From NCBI GenBank assembly GCA_964016885.1, contig OZ024746.1, positions 75,206,001 through 75,270,000 on the forward strand: a stretch of DNA of 64,000 nucleotides, read 5' to 3'. A program made the translations under genes and the position numbers. Below, piece by piece: positions 51,101 to 64,000 of the stretch. The stretch is from Eledone cirrhosa (taxonomy: Eukaryota). The notes beneath the pieces were generated by a model. That model had not been told where the DNA came from. It did no database searches and saw only the letters and a program-made list of their open reading frames with translations. The first letter of the stretch is position 1. Every line of letters begins with the position of its first letter.

Positions 51101-53375
51101 CCAGGTATTTTCGCAGCAGAACGACAACCCCACCCCCACCCCTCGGCTAACAGAGAGATGCGTAGATCTCAAAGTCGTCGAAGATGGGGGCCAGTTGGCG
51201 CTCGCTGCTGATCCTGGACTCGCAAATAACCATTACATCCACTCTGTGCGACCTGAAGTCATTTAAGAGTTTGCCCTGTTTCCAGGACATTCCCAGGCCG
51301 CGTGCATTCACACATCCAACTCTTATATTGGCCATGTTGGTGCTGAAGAGTTAAAAAGGAAGAGGAAAGGAAATTACTTACCTCTTCGACTCCTGGGGAC
51401 CAGGCTGCACAATTTCCATGGGGGTGTTGGAAGGGTTGTTTGGTGGGGTGGTGGTTTGTGGTGGGGTGAGGACATCAGTGTGTGGTGGGATTAGGGTGTT
51501 TGGTGGGGTGTGGGTGGCTGGTGTGGGGGTGGGGAACATCTCAATAGGACGTGGTTAAGTGGTTTGGTGCAGTTGGTCCCCACATGCATTGGATGGTTCT
51601 TTTTCAAAGTTACATAGGTTTCCGTTGGGACCCTAATCATCATTAGGTGCGGTTTGTTCGCTGCGTAGGTGAAAGTGATCCCTTCGGTTTCCACCGAAGG
51701 GTTATTTTCTATTGCTTTCATCAACGTTTTATTGTTCTTGTTAATGTATGTATAGAGTTTTTGTTGTGTTGTGTTTGTTTTTGTTTGTTGTTCTTGTGCG
51801 TGTTTGCGTTTTGTAGTATGTGTTATGTTTTGGGGAGGGGTGGGTTTTTTTGTTTGTGATGTTTGTTCTGTTTGTGCTGGTGGTTGTGTGTTTGTAGCAT
51901 TTTTGTTAATGTGGTGCCTTTTTTTTCCTTTTCACCTGTTGAAAGGGTTCTCCCTCGTCGTCACTGGGTGACGTTGATACGGAGTCCTCTTCCGTGTTGT
52001 TGGGGAGGGGTATATTTGGGGTTTTGTTGTGGTTGCTTTTGTATTTGTTTTAGGTGGGGAGGGGTTGGGTGGAACAGTGTTTTGTGTTGTTATTTTTCCG
52101 TGTTGTTGTGGTTGTTGTTGTTGTGTTGGTGGTGGTGGTGGTGGTGGTGGTTGTGTTCGGGGTTGGCAGAAGAGCCTTTTTTTTTTTACTCGTTAATTGA
52201 GGACAGGCAGCCCTCAGGTGACCCCTGCTTAAGCAGTGGTAACATGACGGCCGCCTTCCCTCCACTGAAATGTTTATATAAGTTAGCCCGTCCAGAGGCA
52301 CGCATTGTGGGATATTCGCTATTCGTTCTGGGCTCATTTGCACCAGAACTTCTACGGTGGTCCCACCAAATACACCTCCGGAGGACTTTCCTATTGAAAT
52401 TATCTTGTCTTCGTCAAAGTTAATGATTCCACATAGTACCCACCAAATATTTACATTTGGTGTGATACTCATTATTTTTATTCTTTGTGTCCTTTTTCCC
52501 CTGTATGTGGGGTAAAAGGTGAAGCGGGGGGACACAATGGGTGCTACCGAGTACTTTTGTGCTGTTGACTGGTTGTTCATTAGCACCGAAATGCTACCAA
52601 ACAGTTTACCTTTTTGTATGAAGGTTAAGTCCTTCATTGCATCTTTTAGAACCAGCACAATTTCATTTTGTGATAATTGAGCTGGTTTTCTTGTTTCGTT
52701 CGATATTGTCCTGAAAACCACAGTTTTCAGGACAGCCTCTCTACGTAATTCCTGTGGATAATTGATGATAAAAGCACCGTTTTCGCCAAAAGTCACGAAT
52801 TGTTTTGCGTCTTGTAGTAGTTGTTTAGCATTTGTTATGTCTATTGGCGTGTATAGTTCGTTTTTTTTACAGTCTGTGCGAATGTTGTTTTGGTGTTGTT
52901 GTCTTTTTTGTTGCTGTTGTTGTTGTCACTGTTGGTAATATTGTTCATGTTTTCCTTGGTGTTGCTATTGTTGCAGTTGTTGGTTGTGGTGTTATTGTCA
53001 TTGTTCTTGTTGTTGGTGCTGGTATTATTTACCGGGTTTGGTTTCGTGGTTTCGATATTTTTAACGTTTTTCGATGATGGAGGGGGGGGGGGAAGGCTGC
53101 AAGCTTTGTACTCCTACCTTCCCTCCACCACTTTTCTTAGTGGGCGTGGCACTCACGACAGTGTGCGAGGTGGAAATGGCATCCATTGCCACCAAGTCTA
53201 CAGTTTTGAGATGGAAATTGAAAATTTCGCCCCAGAAAGGGACGAAAATTAGTTGACTCAACGTCTGACGGCCCAGGCAAGGGGTTAAACTAAACAATGT
53301 TATTAAATTGAGCAATAAACTCACAGTTTTTTTGACAATAATCCGTAAAAGTCCGAAGCGAAGTAAATCATGTCT
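48140..53375 (-). mobile_element. Near full-length decayed Tx1-like LINE, copy 2 (diverged subfamily)
   Basis: ORF1 from ATG 53186 with CYHCLSRGHLRAAC; ORF2 from ATG 51335 to TAG 48380 with frameshifts and a deletion of about 470 bp near 48893. Confidence 0.92.
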
Positions 53376-54064
53376 ATATCAAGTGGTAATTGATATAGAG
53401 GCGGGATTGGAAGAGAGTTCCGTGTATTAGATATAGAGAGGGTGAGAAATTGATATTTATTTATATATAGAGGAGGATTGGAACAGAGTTCGTGTAATAG
53501 ATATAGAGAGGGTGAGAGTTTGGCATTAATTGATATAGAGAGTGGTATTGGGAGAGAGGTACGGTTGATGTAGAGAGGGGGAGTTTGGTGGTAATGAATA
53601 GAGTGAGAGGATTGATAGAGATAGATATTGATAGATATAAACAGGGGGAGAGTTTGGTAGTGATGGATAGAGTGAGAGGGAATGAGAGAGTGTTGCTTGG
53701 TAGATATAGAGAGGGGAGTAGTTTGGTCGTAATTGATATAGAGAAGAGGAGAGTTCGGTGTCAATTGATATAGAGAGGTGTATAGGAAGAGTTCCGTGTA
53801 GTAATATGTGTTTTGTTTGTTTCTTCCCAAACTACCAAAAAACACATCTATTTGGATATGCGCCACAATTTATGTACATTTTATGTTTATTGCATATCGA
53901 AGTTTTCTGGCCATTTTAGAGTACAAAAAGCTAAACTAATCACTACAACTAAATTGTTCAATCCCCCCCCCCCCCCTCCCACCACCACCACCACCACCAT
54001 TCAGAAATGCTTCCACTGCATATGCTAATCGTTAACATTATATATGTACGTATGTACGTATGCA

Positions 54065-55235
54065 CGTAAGTATGTTCTTCTGGTTTTATAATTTCACAAA
54101 GTTTTACTAATAGAGAGAGAGTCGGTTTCTAACATAGACACAAGACTCTCTCATTGGAATTTACACATCAACTAGGTAGATATGTATGTATGCATGCATG
54201 TGTAGATATGAATGTTATTGTATGTGTGCATGTGTATATTCTTTGTATCTGTACATGTGTATATGCAGTTATTAGATACAACATTTTTGGAATGTTTTAC
54301 ATATTTTTACTGTTCCATTAATGGATTGTACTTGTAATTTCCTAACTAGTTGTGTTCTTTCTGTTCCTGTGAAACCTAGCTCTCAAGATTTGTATTGAGG
54401 CAGTTACTAACATATCCCAGTGCCCCAATAATCACAGGTATAAATCTGAAGGTGTAATTAGGGTGGAGTATCTGCAGATTTCTCATCAGTTCTGCATAAA
54501 TATTCTCCTTTTCACTAATCTTTGATATTATATTGACATCTGCTGGGCAGCTAATTTCCCCTACTGTGCATGATTTCTTCTCCCTGTCCTATATCATAAT
54601 ATCTAGTCTGTTATGCCTGCATTTTATTGGGGTTTTTACTGGAACATTCCACCAGTACTCTTTCATATTATGTACATGGATGTCTTCCACATTGTTGTAG
54701 CTTTTAATGTGTTTATTATCGGGCTATCTTTTTTACGAACTGCATTGTACAGTGTTTTGGCCACTTCATCATGCCTCATAGGTAGTTAGTACCGCGATGA
54801 CATCTTTGGAAAACTGCTTATGACATGGGTGATATCCTCGATGTTATTTCTGCAGAGTCTGCACTTGTTATCACATCTAGGTGTTTTGCCTGCATCCCTA
54901 TCTCTTTTGTGAATCAGGTATTTCGTGCTAATCTCCTGTTCCTGGATTGCAAAAGCGTATCCTTCAAAGTGGGAGCCAATATAGCGGTTGTTGGTCCAAG
55001 ATAGACTACTTTCCTTATCTATATTACTCACACTCTGGAGCTTCCTGGCAACATATCCATGGATTATTTTTTTGCTGATAGGCATGCAGTCTTTCAGCCA
55101 TGGATTCACTGCTGAGCGGCATCCCTGGGTGTGAGTTTTTGATTATCACACAGGGAATATCTCTCAAGTAGTTCCTTCCCAACTCTCATGATCTTATCTG
55201 TTTCATGCAGATAGACTTGCTTGAGAAACGGGCTC
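54065..55235 (-). pseudogene. R4/Dong-clade (restriction-like endonuclease) LINE 3' fragment
   Basis: EGYAFAIQEQEISTK, CRLCRNNIEDITHVISS, RHDEVAK, HNRLDIMI, EISCP, KENIY, PVIIGALG. Confidence 0.85.
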
Positions 55236-55277
55236 CTACGCTTCGAGTATGTATGTATGTATGTACGTATGTATGTA

Positions 55278-55570
55278 TATCATCTTGGTTAAGAGAGTGG
55301 GACTGGCTTTGTGCAGTGCCTTTGCTCATTATAAAGGCTTCACGACACAGGCATTGCTTTATATCTGGAGATCTCTCTGCACTTGTCGTCACATGGTACC
55401 ATGAGCCCAGCACTATGTGTCAATAATTGTCACAGGTGTAGTGTTTGTACCAGAGTTTTCAAGTCGCTGGCTGGACTAAAAAGTCACACTCGTTCAACGC
55501 ATCGGTAGGGGTTCTTCTACATGGATATAAAGTAGTGGCCGTACTCGAAAACGAGTTGGCAGCCACCATG
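55278..55570 (+). mobile_element. (TATG)n-flanked RTE-derived element, 5'-truncated
   Basis: 3' half of the family with TATG tracts on both sides. Confidence 0.85.
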
Positions 55571-55656
55571 TATGTATGTATGTATGTATGTATGTATGTA
55601 TATACGTATTGTATGTACGTATATATATGTATGTATGTACGTATGTATGTATGTAC

Positions 55657-56395
55657 GAGATTATCACCACTGGTGATGAGACATGGGTCTGTGTTTACGA
55701 CCCGGAAACCAAGTAGCAGTTCTCCCAATGGAAGTATCCGTCATCACCAAGGCCCAAAAATGCACGAACAGGGTCTCAACAATGTGAAGGTAACGTTGAT
55801 CTGTTTCTTTGACACCTGTGGTATTATGCATCATGAATACGCACCATAAGGCCAAACAATCAATAAGTCATACTACCTGGATGTTATATGTCGTCTTTGT
55901 GATACTGTGCGGCTAAAGTGGCCGGACATCTGGGCGGCGAACAATTGGCAATTCACCACGACAATGCGCCCGCTCTTTCCACCCACATAATCTAAGCTGT
56001 CCTTGACAATAACAACATACTACTTATATAATTATTTTATTTATGGAATATATCATATAAATACTTGTTCAACATGGTCCTTACTTTCCCGACTTGGCAC
56101 CGTATGACTTCTGGCTCTTCCCCAATCTGAAAACTACGCTGAAAGGGAAGCGAGAGGAAATAATGAGTCGCCAGAAGAAATAATGAGAAAAGCTACAGCG
56201 GAGCTGAGCACCTTATCATTTCAGATAAGGTATTCCAGAGGTGTTACCTGCAGTGACAGAATCGCTGGGAGAAGTGTGTGAACTCTCCAAGGGATGGTAT
56301 TTTGAAGGTGGTTAAACAAAATTTGTGAAATGTACAAAATTGTTTTTGTTTTTTTTTTATGCCTAAAGGTCGGATACTTTTTGAACGCACCTCGT
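55657..56395 (+). pseudogene. Mariner transposase catalytic-domain remnant with right TIR
   Basis: IITGDETWVCVYDPETK, FFDTCGIMHHEY, HHDNAPA, PYFPDLAPYDFWLFPNLK; ends GATACTTTTTGAACGCACCTCGT. Confidence 0.88.
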
Positions 56396-56417
56396 TGTAC
56401 GTATAGATGCATTCATG

Positions 56418-56450
<33 letters not shown>

Positions 56451-56597
56451 TTTTAGTTATGTTGGTTGTATACCAACACCTCAATATGCAGATTGGAGCA
56501 CTCGACGACGTGCGCAGGTTGGTTTGATTACTCCGGAGTAATGTAAAATAAAATAAAATAAATAAGTCAAATGTTTAAAATGTGGCTTCGTTTATTA

Positions 56598-56650
56598 CTG
56601 CTATATATATTTCGGTGACAGCCATCTTTGGCTATGACCTCTTCGGGAAG
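56598..56650 (-). ncRNA. Minimal type I hammerhead ribozyme-like motif (family B)
   Basis: CCGAAGA core (56646-56640); stem II GGTCATAGCCA-AAGA-TGGCTGTCACC; GAAA; palindromic TATATA stem III/loop; UA site; followed by AATAAA. Confidence 0.6.
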
Positions 56651-56994
56651 TCCGAATTAGTGTGGTAGAGACGAGTACACGTGTTGTTGAGGTGTATAAC
56701 TTTGTCAATACTCTGATATGCCCAGTTCTTGGTTGGGTTGTCATTTCACTGAGAAACTGGAATCATATGAATTCAAACAAACGAATTTCAGCGTCAAAGG
56801 GCCTCTTCTCCTCTCATTGGTCAGTTGTTAGAACATTCCTCTGTCAAAAGTCTATAGAAATTCGTTCTGGGGCAAGTCAATCTGTAGTTGTTGTTCTTGT
56901 TATTGTTAGGTACATCTGACCTCTATCCTTGTGTTGGTAGTGGTGTTATTGTTGGAGTCAGATAAAAAAGAAAAGTGATAAAGTGGTATTTTAT

Positions 56995-57106
<112 letters not shown>

Positions 57107-58279
57107 CACATACATTTTAAAGGTCGGTACATAAACGCACAAACAAACAATTCAACGCACATAAATATCCACACAAACATACACACACACACGCGCACAT
57201 ATTTATATATACATGTGTGTTTATGTGTGTGTGTGTGTGTGTGTATTAAATACAACTTAAAAACTCATTCAACATTCGCCCAAGTTGACGTGCTCGGGTG
57301 GAGCCGTGTGTTGAGGGAGGTATGGAGGTGTAAAGGTAGAGGAGATGGAGTGTTAGACGATATGTGATTGTGGCTAGTGATGTAAGTCAGGGGTGGAAAC
57401 GGGGTATTTATACGGGTGGAGCATCAGAAATACCACAATGATACCGATCTCTGTTACTTAATAAAACATATTATCTAATTTTAGTAACACCTGCTCTACT
57501 TTAGAAGTTGAGCAGCTCTCCATGTTGTCGATGGTGGCGTTGTTGTTCTTCTTTTTGTTGTAGTAGTAGTACTAGTGGTGGTGGTGGTGGTGGTAGTAAT
57601 GGTGGTGGTGGTGGTGGTGGTGGTGGTGGTGTAGCCGCGGCAGCAGCAGTAGCAGTAGCAGTAGTAGTAGTAGTAGTAGTGGTAGTGGTGGTGGTGGTGG
57701 TGTAGCGGCGGCGGCAGCAGCAGTAGCAGTGGTGGTGGTGGTGGTGGTGGTGGTGGTGGTGTAGCGGCGGCGGCAGCAGCAGCAGCAGCAGTAGCAGTAG
57801 TAGTAGTGGTGGTGGTGGTATTAGAACGTGTTGTTTTTGTTGTTTAACGCTAGGTCAGTCAAAATTGTCCAAAAGTGTTTTCTTTTTAAGATGGCGGGGA
57901 AAATTTAACTTTGAGCGACCGCATAAAGGCCTTGTCATTGTAGTAGGTGTGAGACCGTTGGGGTAATGTTATTATTGTTGTTGTTGATGATGGTGGTGGT
58001 GGTGGTGGTAGTGGTGGTGGTGGTGGTGCTACTTGTGTCATTGTTAAATGTATAAAGCCGCATCTCCAAAGTAGGCCAGCTTGGGGCAAATCTACAGTCC
58101 TGAAAACCTCAGAAACGTGTATGTCAATCCAGTTAGAAGTATCAGCTTGACAGAGTCTCTACATTAGAGATCGCCAAGGGCGTCGATATCGATCCCCAAA
58201 GGCTGACTTGATGACCCAGTAAGTTGAATTTGGGGACAAAACCTGACATTTATATAAAATATAAAAATGCGTAAAATAA

Positions 58280-58505
58280 TGGTTTCTGATTTAGGCGCAA
58301 GGTCAACAGTTTTGAAGGAGGAGGAAAGCCGATGAAAGTCGATCAAATCGGCCCCAATGCATTACTGGTACTTTATTTTATCGACCCCATAAGGATGAAA
58401 GGAACAGCTAACCTCGGCGGCATTTGAACGCAGACCGTAAAAGGCCGTAACTCTATGTCACAAAGCATTTTGTCGACGCTCTACCGATACTGCCAATCCA
58501 CCGCA
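58280..58505 (-). mobile_element. tRNA-derived SINE
   Basis: Family consensus. Confidence 0.8.
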
Positions 58506-58529
58506 ATAATACATTAGATTATTAGTTGC

Positions 58530-59150
58530 ATAAATTTACACCATCTGGAGAGACCTTTCTTTCAGCCTAAGCTTCAAGAGGCAAATCTTCCCTCTCAATG
58601 GAATCCAGTCCATATCCCATTCCTCAACTGGTTCCTGCTCTTTACTTGTAAGGGTTGTGACATTTTAGTTGCAAATCGTTAACGTTTGCTCCCATCTGGA
58701 CCTTCTTTGGGGTTTCGGTACCTATCCAACGACACCACTGACAGGTTGCAGACACATCGGCAGTCTTTTCAACATTAGGTGGAGACTAAAAGGCTTCTCA
58801 ACCTAAGGCCCAAACGTGTCCCTTGTTACCCACCACACACTCACCTCGCGCGAAGAAACATGCGGTATTACTGCATTCATTGAATCTGGCCATAACTTTG
58901 ATAGGTTTCGGCCAGTATTGGCCCAGGCCATGTCTAACTTAATAGCACCATCTGGCTCTAGGTTTTTGTAGTCTTATTTGTGCTAGTCACCAAATTTGTA
59001 ATTGTCTCAGACCTACGAAGATTAGGCTTTTTTAGAAGCCACCTTAACACGCATCGTCGTAACTACATCGCTGAGTCGTGGGAGTTTCCTGGAAGTTAAC
59101 AGTGTCACCATTGCTCCATTTCCCCTAGTAGCTTACCGGTGTTTGGTTCG
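58530..59150 (-). pseudogene. Decayed RTE (Expander-like) 5' UTR and APE start
   Basis: NVTTLTSKEQE.VEE and PLRGKICLLKLRLKERSLQMV*IYA resemble RTE APE segments. Confidence 0.55.
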
Positions 59151-59379
59151 GGGCTGATTATTCCTCCGACAGGAGCCTATTTACATTGAAACTAACTGGT
59201 GGTGGCCGTATCGCTAACAGCGACATGCAATCCACTAGCAGAACAGCTCTGTTTGTCTATCCGTTTTTCTGTTTAGCTGTCTATCTGTCTATCTGCAAGT
59301 CTATTTATCTATCTCTGAATCTCTCTCTCTAATTGTCTATCTAATTAAATAACTAACTGTCTGTCTATTTGCCTGTTTG

Positions 59380-59505
<126 letters not shown>

Positions 59506-59622
59506 TGCCTCTCTGTTTTGTTCCCGTTCAATTTTTCACTATATATATATACACAGGGTGTCCCCAAAAATGTTTACACATATTTATTAGAATGTTCACA
59601 CTCTGTACATGTACATATACAT

Positions 59623-59867
<245 letters not shown>

Positions 59868-59983
59868 CATATATATATATACATACATATCAAAATAAAT
59901 ATCCGAAGGCATTGTATAAATTTCCAATCATTTTAATCACGACACATGTTTCAATAAGAGATAGATCGATCGGGCGGCCATAT

Positions 59984-60070
<87 letters not shown>

Positions 60071-60221
60071 GGTCAACGTAATAGACGGCAAGGGTTGATG
60101 CCTTCATAACAGTGGAAGATGTTTCCACTCTTCCGATATACCTGATAGATGGATAGTTCGATGGACAGATAGACAAATAATAGATACAAAGAGAGAAAGA
60201 GAGATAGCTAGCCATAGATAA

Positions 60222-60259
<38 letters not shown>

Positions 60260-60266
<7 letters not shown>

Positions 60267-60442
60267 CGAAACATAAGTCAATTGCATGAACTCATAATCC
60301 TTTATTTACTGCTATATATAGTTCGATGATAGCCATTGAATGGCTATGACCTGATGAGGTCATAGCCATTCAATGGCTATCATCGAACTATATATAGCAG
60401 TAAATAAAGGATTATGAGTTCATGCAAGTGACTTATGTTTCG

Positions 60443-60448
<6 letters not shown>
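60260..60448. mobile_element. Near-perfect fold-back of about 190 bp, family B, centred on CTGATGA
   Basis: Inverted arms of about 92 bp; plus arm CTGATGA-GGTCATAGCCAT-TCA-ATGGCTATCATC-GAAC-TATATATA-GCAGTAAATAAA; (TA)n flanks. Confidence 0.65.
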
Positions 60449-60502
<54 letters not shown>

Positions 60503-60507
60503 TCCAG

Positions 60508-60567
<60 letters not shown>

Positions 60568-60589
60568 CAGAATTATATATATATATATA

Positions 60590-60728
60590 TTAGTCCAGAA
60601 TTAGCCGTCGAAACGGCTTGAGCTCAGCTGTCGGGATCTTACTGGTTCCTATTACCCACTCTACTACCTCAAGTATTGAGTACTTTGGTGCGTTATGGTC
60701 CACCTGGTTCCTTACCACATTTCCTTCG

Positions 60729-60732
<4 letters not shown>
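60590..60732 (+). mobile_element. Family C remnant with hammerhead 3' half
   Basis: GAAACGGCT-TGAGCTC-AGCTGTC|GGGATC; reverse-complement homolog of 546-660. Confidence 0.55.
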
Positions 60733-60775
<43 letters not shown>

Positions 60776-60807
60776 CGAAACATAAGTCAATTGCATGAAC
60801 TTATAAT

Positions 60808-60881
<74 letters not shown>

Positions 60882-61486
60882 TATATATATATATATTTAT
60901 TTATTTATTTATATATGGCTAGCTAGCTATCTGTCTCTCTCCTTGTATCTATTATTTGTCTATCTATCCATCGAACTATCCATCTATCAGGTATATCGGA
61001 AGAGTGGAAACATCTTCCACCGTTATGAAGGCATCAACCCTTGCCGTCTATTACGTTGACCACAATGTAATCGATCCGTGTCTATTGTATAGGGGGGCGA
61101 GGTATACATTAGGGTAGCGCAGTAATTGGAGGTCGTCAAATTATCACGAATTTCGTGACGTACCATATATATACTGCTGCACCCACCGCCTCCCATGCAC
61201 CACAACACCGCCACCATATCATCGCCTGAAATATCAACATCAAACACACCAACACCCCAAAATACCTCACCAATATCGCCACAAACATCATAATTATCCC
61301 TCACCCACTCGCACCACCGCCACCACCATCACCGCCACCATTTCTATCACTATCCACTCCGCCACCACAACACCTCCTCAACCATCGCCCTTGCTACCTA
61401 ATATATATATATGTGTATGTGTGTGCGTGTGTGTTTATATATATGTTTATATATATATGTTTATATATATATATATGTGTGTTTAT

Positions 61487-62096
61487 ATGGTGGCTGCCAA
61501 CTCGTTTTCGAGTACGGCCACTACTTTATATCCATGTAGGAGAACCCCTACCGATGTGCTGAACGAGTGTGACTTTTTAGTCCAGCCAGCGACTTGAAAA
61601 CTCTGGTACAAACTCTACACCTGTGACAATTACTGACACATAGTGCTGGGCCCATGGTACCATGTGACGACAAGTGCAGAGAGATCTCCAGATATAAAGC
61701 AATGCCTGTGCCGTGAAGCTTTTATAGTGAGAAAAGGCACTGCACAAAGCCAGTCCCACTCTCTTAACGAAGATGATATTTACCAAAAAGAAGAACAAGT
61801 CAACATCATTGGATACCATCAGGGTTGCAGGTGTTATATCAGAGTTTTCCTTCTCCTAGAATTCTGCCTTGACAAAGGCTAAGGGGTCATCTCTCCCGGT
61901 GATTTTGGATGGCCATTGACTCTTAAGAGCTCCTTTGCCCTTTGACAGGTTTTGTTTTTAGTCCTGCAGGATGTCCAAAGTCACCCTCCTCACCAAGAAA
62001 CCTTGGTGGGGTTGCCAGTTTAGTCGCCAACGACCCGACCATGAGACAGGTTGTACTGGGATACATGTTACCAGCAGCACCAACTGGTGCTACTGG
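61487..62096 (-). mobile_element. RTE-derived non-autonomous element, minus copy
   Basis: Reverse complement of 43260-43897; flanks are TA/TG-rich rather than pure TATG. Confidence 0.85.
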
Positions 62097-62150
62097 TTTA
62101 TATATATATATGTGTTTATATAGATATATGTGTTTATATAGATATATGTG

Positions 62151-62208
<58 letters not shown>

Positions 62209-62968
62209 GTACAACGCACACGTTTTTATGTTTTTATATGTATGTATGCATGTTTGTATGTTTGTATATATATATGTGTATGGTTCTTTCTCTCTATTTA
62301 CACACACAAACACACACACTCACACACATTCAGCTATCAACATACTCGACCACACATTCACATACACATCTACTATGGGTGTATATACTAACACACCCAC
62401 ATCAAACACCTCATACCAACACATTTACACCTGTGTTTCTACCCCGAACACGTCCACATAAAACACATGTCTATATACTCAACCGCATATACCATATAAA
62501 TATACCCCTACATCATACCCTCATATACATATACCCCACCCTGAACATGGACATCCACCCCGTATACAGATACCCAATTTAGAGAAATGGCAGGTGAAAA
62601 GTAAGACAAACCTCAAGAATTTCCTGTATCTAAGGAATATGAGTGCAGGTGCGATGGCCTCGGGTGTCGTCATTCACTCTGTAGCTTTCACTAAGATCAA
62701 TGGACATAAGGGTGGATTAGTCATTACATATACATTGTTAGTTGATTTTCGGGTGGACTGTAAAACAATTCCATGCCAGGTGCGGTGTATGTAAGTAGAG
62801 ATCTGTGACGGGTGGTCGGGTAGATGGGTGGATGGGTGGACGGGTGGACGGGTGGATGACTGACATGTCAGTGTGAGTGTGTGTTTGTTTATCTGTGTGT
62901 GTATATATATATATATATAAATATATATATGTAGGTGTGTGTGAGTGTGTGTGTGTGTTTGTTTATCA

Positions 62969-63007
<39 letters not shown>

Positions 63008-63303
63008 GGTGTGTGAGTGTGTGTGTGTGTTTGTTTATCAGTGTGTGTATATATATATATATATATATGTAGGTGTGTATGAGTGTGTGTGTGTGTGTGT
63101 GTGTTTGTTTATCTGTGTATGTATATGTATATATATATATATATATGTAGGTGTGTGTGAGTGTGTGAGTGTGTGAGTGTGTGAGTGTGTGTGTGTTTAT
63201 CTGTGTGTGTATATATATATATATGTATGTAGGTGTGTGTGAGTGTGTGTGTGTGTGTGTGTTTATCTGTGTGTGTATATATATATATATAAATATATAT
63301 ATG

Positions 63304-63401
<98 letters not shown>

Positions 63402-63761
63402 TGTGTGTGTACACGTGTGTGGAACTGTTTGCGGAAGTGAGCGTCATCTATACAGCAATAGGTGTGCGTGTGGATGTGCTATTAAACGAATGCATGTGCG
63501 CGCCGTATATATAGATATACATACGTATATATATATATATAATATATACATATATATATATATATATACATACATATATATATACATACATATATATATA
63601 TACATACATATATATATATATATAATATATACATATATATATATATATATACATACATATATATATATATACAAACATATATATATATATATACATACAT
63701 ATATATATATAATATATACATATATATATACATACATATATATATATACATATATATATAT

Positions 63762-63801
<40 letters not shown>

Positions 63802-63884
63802 ATATATATGTATGTATATATATATATATATGTATATATAAGAACGAGGAAGTTTCGTTTACATGTATCATATTTTCATTGTGT

Positions 63885-63930
63885 TTCGACCTGTTACACG
63901 CGTTTCGCAGAGGATTGGCTCAGGGTCACC
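63885..63930 (-). ncRNA. Degenerate minimal hammerhead-like motif (family E)
   Basis: CTGA-GC...GC-GAAAC-GCGT-GTA; the core lacks NGA; next to a long (TA)n tract. Confidence 0.35.
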
Positions 63931-64000
63931 CATAAGTATTATGGACCTGACACTATTATCGATCTGCTCTTCAGACTGGCGATGTGACAAAAAGAAATCG

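Noticed and set aside
51343-51381. 39-nt intron fusing ORF1 to ORF2 in frame
   Set aside because: Very short for a spliceosomal intron, and the AG is absent in copy 1.

Overview
Eukaryotic, AT-rich DNA dense in microsatellites and transposons; the repeat repertoire suggests a coleoid cephalopod such as Octopus (inference, not verified). One host gene is well supported: a minus-strand, two-coding-exon gene (6706-6415, 4843-4637) for a secreted protein with two CBM14/peritrophin-A chitin-binding domains. The dominant element is an L1/Tx1-clade LINE family: a near-intact copy (about 9921-15720, open 1145-aa APE-RT-CCHC ORF2), a decayed diverged copy (about 48140-53375) and five 3' fragments, most of them abutting microsatellites. 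Most notable: in both long copies a GTAAGT donor overlaps the ORF1 stop, and the ORF2 stop is a pyrimidine-tract CTGTAG|G acceptor, so ORF2 looks like one exact GT-AG intron. The window also holds several families of (TA)n-embedded fold-back elements with type I hammerhead motifs (Penelope-like remnants), a (TATG)n-associated RTE-derived element, about 19 tRNA-SINE copies (some in inverted pairs), a Helitron, mariner, Gypsy, RTE and R4 fossils, a 4-kb 30-bp minisatellite and a 27-bp palindromic array. Most ORF-track entries are simple-repeat artefacts.
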